Positions 60,851 through 64,000 of a stretch of 64,000 nucleotides of DNA are shown here, piece after piece. Both the position numbers and the translations under genes were made by a program. A model generated the notes under the pieces. That model was not told where the DNA came from. It was given only the letters and a program-made list of their open reading frames with translations, and made no database searches. Source of the DNA: Cenarchaeum sp. (lineage in GTDB: Archaea > Thermoproteota > Nitrososphaeria > Nitrososphaerales > Nitrosopumilaceae); assembly GCA_965242695.1 (NCBI GenBank), contig CBDESU010000001.1, positions 1,184,001 to 1,248,000 of the forward strand, read 5' to 3'. The stretch's first letter is position 1, and every line of letters begins with the position of its first letter.

Positions 60851-61626
60851 CAGGCTGCCACCTCGAGTCCAAACTTGCCGGCCACGAACGAGCGCGCCTC
60901 GTCGGCCGTGATGCGGTGGGAGCGGCCCACCCTTGCCTTGTGCTTGCTGCGCTTGCGGATGCCGTACCCCGGCCTTGCAAGGGACACGCAGACGTCGAGG
61001 CCGATGATCCCCACGGTGGGGTCGTACTTTACGCCCGGTATGTCGATGTGCTCGCGTATTCCGAACGAAAAGTTGCCAAAGTCGTCAAACGACCTGCGCG
61101 CCACCGCATTCCCCTTCGCCTCGAACAGGCGCGTTGCAAGCGTCTCGGCCTGCGCGCCGCGCACCGTGACTGCCACGCCGATCGGCTCGCCCTTGCGCAC
61201 CCCAAAGTCGCGCTGCGTGCCGCGCGCGCTGCGCGGGCACGGCTTGCATCCGGATATCTGCTCCAGCGCCTTTTTTGCCGCCTCCAGCGCCGGCCCCGAC
61301 TGGCCGACGCCCATGTTGAGCACGACCTTTTCGAGGCGGATGCGCCGCATCGGGTGGTCCGGCGCCGCATCGGGCGCAGGCTGCCCGGCCGTCGACTCTG
61401 CGGCGGGCGCAGGCTGCCCGGCCGTCGACTCTGCGGCGGGCGCAGGCTGCCCGGCCGTCGACTCTGCGGCGGGCGCAGGCTGCCCGGCCGTCGACTCTGC
61501 GGCGGGCGCAGGCTGCCCGGCCGTCGACTCTGCGGCGGGCGCAGGCTGCCCGGCGGCGGCTACATCCCCCTCGGGCCGCGCCGCATCGCCGTCAATCTGC
61601 ATCTCGGCCGCCTCTGCTGCGCTCAC
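60850..61626 (-). CDS. rpl5: 50S ribosomal protein uL5 with repetitive N-terminal extension
   Basis: PMRRIRLEKVVLNMGVG, FDDFGNFSFGIREHIDIPG. Confidence 0.96.
   Translation of the reverse strand: MSAAEAAEMQIDGDAARPEGDVAAAGQPAPAAESTAGQPAPAAESTAGQPAPAAESTAGQPAPAAESTAGQPAPAAESTAGQPAPDAAPDHPMRRIRLEKVVLNMGVGQSGPALEAAKKALEQISGCKPCPRSARGTQRDFGVRKGEPIGVAVTVRGAQAETLATRLFEAKGNAVARRSFDDFGNFSFGIREHIDIPGVKYDPTVGIIGLDVCVSLARPGYGIRKRSKHKARVGRSHRITADEARSFVAGKFGLEVAA
61371..61554 (-). repeat. 33-bp perfect tandem repeat x5.6 (TAGQPAPAAES)
   Basis: gtcgac at 61391, 61424, 61457, 61490, 61523. Confidence 0.95.
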
Positions 61627-62375
61627 TGCCCGTCGCCCCCTGGAATGCGTATCACGGGCCGCTCCCTGCCGACGGCCATAATAATGCTAGTGGGAATCTC
61701 GATCCGCCTAGTCTCGTCGCCGTCCCGTATGGACAGCGACGCCATGCGCTCTAGGACAAACGTCCCGTCGCGCATCTCGGCGACCTTGCCGACGCGCCCC
61801 GCGTTCGTCCCGCGCGTCACCATCGCAAGGGCCCCCGCCTCGAGCCGGACGATCTCCAGTATCTTTTGGCCCGGGACGGTTACGAGGCACGAGTCGCCCA
61901 CGCGGACCGGCCCCGCGCCATCGTCCAGTATTATCGACCTGCCGTCGTGCAGCCCGATCTGCGTGCGGCCGCCGCGGATGGTCGTCTTTGACGTCACGGC
62001 GCACAGCTTGCGGTCCTTTTCCGAGTCGTCGTCCATGCGGACGGGGCGCAGCAGCGCGCCGCCGGACGGCAGCATGCGGTAGGTGCCGGCGCCCTCTAGC
62101 TCGACCACGTCCATGAGCCCCGCCCCGTGGTGGAGCGACTTGCGCCTCACGCCGTCGACAGCGACGCGCCCCGAGTAGATCGGGGCCTTTGCCTCGCGCA
62201 GGGTGCGCGCAAGCTTTAGCGTGTCGCGCACCAAGACCGCAATCGGTACAGAGGCGCGCTTCGGGTGAGGGCCCGGCCGCACGGTGACGACAAAGCGCTT
62301 GTCCTTGCGCGTTATGCCCCAAAATAGGGGCGCCATTTGACGCTTTAGCTTTTTGCTGCCGGCAATGCTGACCAT
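61623..62375 (-). CDS. rps4e: 30S ribosomal protein eS4
   Basis: KKLKRQMAP, PGPH, QIGLHDGR, GTNAGRVG. Confidence 0.96.
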   Translation of the reverse strand: MVSIAGSKKLKRQMAPLFWGITRKDKRFVVTVRPGPHPKRASVPIAVLVRDTLKLARTLREAKAPIYSGRVAVDGVRRKSLHHGAGLMDVVELEGAGTYRMLPSGGALLRPVRMDDDSEKDRKLCAVTSKTTIRGGRTQIGLHDGRSIILDDGAGPVRVGDSCLVTVPGQKILEIVRLEAGALAMVTRGTNAGRVGKVAEMRDGTFVLERMASLSIRDGDETRRIEIPTSIIMAVGRERPVIRIPGGDGQ

Positions 62376-63481
62376 TACGACCCGCCCTCCTTTGAGCCGC
62401 CGCCCTTGCCATCGTCCAGGTCGTCGTCGTCGTCGTCATCATCGTCCAGGTCGTCGTCGTCGTCGTCATCATCATCGTCCAGGTCGTCGTCGTCGTCGTC
62501 GTCATCATCGTCCAGGTCGTCGTCGTCGTCATCATCGTCCAGGTCGTCGTCGTCGTCGTCGTCATCATCGTCCAGGTCGTCGTCGTCATCATCGTCGTCG
62601 TCGTCCAGGTCGTCGTCGTCATCATCGTCGTCGTCGTCCAGGTCGTCGTCGTCGTCGTCGTCCAGGTCGTCGTCGTCGTCCAGGTCGTCGTCGTCGTCGT
62701 CGTCCAGGTCGTCATCATCGTCCAGGTCGTCGTCGTCGTCGTCGTCATCATCGTCCAGGTCGTCGTCGTCCAGGTCGTCGTCGTCCAGGTCGTCGTCGTC
62801 CAGGTCGTCGTCGTCGTCGTCATCATCATCGTCCAGGTCGTCGTCGTCGTCGTCCAGGTCGTCGTCGTCGTCCAGGTCGTCATCCAGGTCGTCGTCAAAG
62901 TCGTCGTCGTCGTCCTGCCGCGCGGCTCCGGCCGATGCTCCACCTGGCGCAAAGGCTCCCGCCGTCGTGGCCGCGATTGCGGCAGTGGCAGCCGACGACT
63001 GCGGCGCAGTCCGAAGTACGGAGGCGGCCGAGGCCGAGCCGTACGGCGTGCCGGCCGCCGCCGGCTCTTGCGGCTGCTGCCGGGCCGATCCGCGCCGAAC
63101 CAGGCCCTTGCCCTTGCCCTCCCTCGGCGGCTTGCCCTCGATGCGCGCCTGCCGCCAGCCGTCGTCCATGTTGAGCGCCGTGATCACCACGTTTGACGCG
63201 TGTATCTTGACGTCGTACTTTTCGCCCTTTGCCTTTTCCTTTTGCACCCCGTTTATCGAGAGCGTGCCGTCGTGCGTGTTTACGTGCGAGACGCGGCCGT
63301 CGATCTTCTTGAAAGAGCCGCGCACTATCCTGACGGTGTCGCCGACGCACACGCGCACCGAGCGCCGGCCGTACTTGGCGCGCAGCTCTGGCGAGAGGTG
63401 GCCCCCGACCCTGCCGCCGAGCGCGTGCAGGGGGGCGTCCGAGCCGTACTGCCTCTTGCGCATCTTGGAGGGCCTTACCAT
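62375..63481 (-). CDS. rpl24: 50S ribosomal protein uL24 with poly-Asp C-terminal tail
   Basis: LSPELRAKYGRRSVRV..GDTVRIVRG, IHASNVVIT; operon position; stop overlaps the rps4e start. Confidence 0.95.
   Translation of the reverse strand: MVRPSKMRKRQYGSDAPLHALGGRVGGHLSPELRAKYGRRSVRVCVGDTVRIVRGSFKKIDGRVSHVNTHDGTLSINGVQKEKAKGEKYDVKIHASNVVITALNMDDGWRQARIEGKPPREGKGKGLVRRGSARQQPQEPAAAGTPYGSASAASVLRTAPQSSAATAAIAATTAGAFAPGGASAGAARQDDDDDFDDDLDDDLDDDDDLDDDDDDLDDDDDDDDDDLDDDDLDDDDLDDDDLDDDDDDDDDDLDDDDDLDDDDDDDLDDDDDLDDDDDDDLDDDDDDDDDDLDDDDDDDDDDLDDDDDDDDDDLDDDDDDDDLDDDDDDDDDDLDDDDDDDDDDLDDDDDDDDDLDDGKGGGSKEGGS
62411..62914 (-). repeat. (GAC/GAT)n tract punctuated by CTG, 168 codons
   Basis: Asp runs of 2-12 separated by single Leu (one Phe). 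Confidence 0.97.
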
Positions 63482-63485
63482 CTTG

Positions 63486-63920
63486 CTACACCACCATCGA
63501 GGCGAGGTTTGCCAACCTCGGCCACTTCTCGGACGCCTCGGCGGCGACCGGCCCCTTTATGTCCGTGCCCTTCATCTCGCCCTCGGGAGTTGTCAGGACC
63601 GCCGCGTTGTCCTCGAACGACACCCTCACGCCGCTGAGCCTCCGCACGGGGTACTTTTGCCTTACAATCACCGCCCCGTGCACCTGCTTGCGCAGCTCGG
63701 CCGGCCCCTTCTTGACTACGACGTTGACAAAGTCGCCCACGGCCGCGGCCGGCAGGCGCGACGTACGCGTCTTCGTCTTTTGCACCATTACGATCTCCAG
63801 CACCTTTGCACCGCTGTTGTCGGCGCACGATATGCGCGCGCCGATCGGGAGCGCGCGCGTCACGTACGGGCGGAACTCCTCGACGCCCTTTGCCTTGCCC
63901 CTGCTCCTGCCCTGCGACAC
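63486..63920 (-). CDS. rpl14: 50S ribosomal protein uL14
   Basis: CADNSGAK, FEDNAAV, IKGPVAAEA; GTG start overlapping the rps17 stop. Confidence 0.96.
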   Translation of the reverse strand: MSQGRSRGKAKGVEEFRPYVTRALPIGARISCADNSGAKVLEIVMVQKTKTRTSRLPAAAVGDFVNVVVKKGPAELRKQVHGAVIVRQKYPVRRLSGVRVSFEDNAAVLTTPEGEMKGTDIKGPVAAEASEKWPRLANLASMVV

Positions 63921-64000
63921 TAGCCTCGCGCCTCCACTACCACGTACGAGACGGACTTTGCCAGCGGGCGGCACTCGGCGGCGAGCACGCGGCTGCCCTC
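63920..64000 (-). CDS. rps17: 30S ribosomal protein uS17, C-terminal fragment
   Basis: EGSRVLAAECRPLAKSVSYVVVEARG*. Confidence 0.9.
   Translation of the reverse strand, partial: EGSRVLAAECRPLAKSVSYVVVEARG

Noticed and set aside
61708-63923. Poly-Thr, poly-Ser and poly-Arg ORFs over the trinucleotide tract
   Set aside because: Alternative frames of the uL24 poly-Asp tract; only the Asp frame is continuous with the ribosomal protein

Overview
Archaeal DNA from a very GC-rich (roughly 70-75% by eye) Nitrososphaeria/Thaumarchaeota-like genome. The right end (59.1-64 kb, minus strand) is core genome: tRNA-Asn(GTT), a conserved hypothetical, and the archaeal spc-type ribosomal operon (uS17-uL14-uL24-eS4-uL5-uS14-uS8-uL6). 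uL24 carries a 168-codon poly-Asp tail and uL5 an N-terminal 11-aa tandem repeat. The rest (1-58.4 kb) is an accessory island with 17 stand-alone cytoplasmic TPR-solenoid genes and several TPR remnants. Almost every TPR gene has its own GCACnGC-ATAAAT-CC promoter 28-29 nt upstream of an apparently leaderless start. Interleaved are defence-type modules: a putative HEPN-TPR fusion with a perfectly amplified 102-bp TPR unit, two tandem TPR-wHTH + PIN operons, a GHKL/MORC ATPase-REase, ImmA/IrrE + DUF4411-like PIN, a YwgA/Panacea-like gene, a type II R-M pair with a broken MTase duplicate, DUF3800, and a PD-(D/E)xK + Zn-ribbon pair. There is also a giant surface protein with a G11 tract near its start. 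Best candidate for a new system: a diversifying TPR receptor repertoire coupled to nuclease effectors. All family calls come from motif recognition by eye; no database searches were run.
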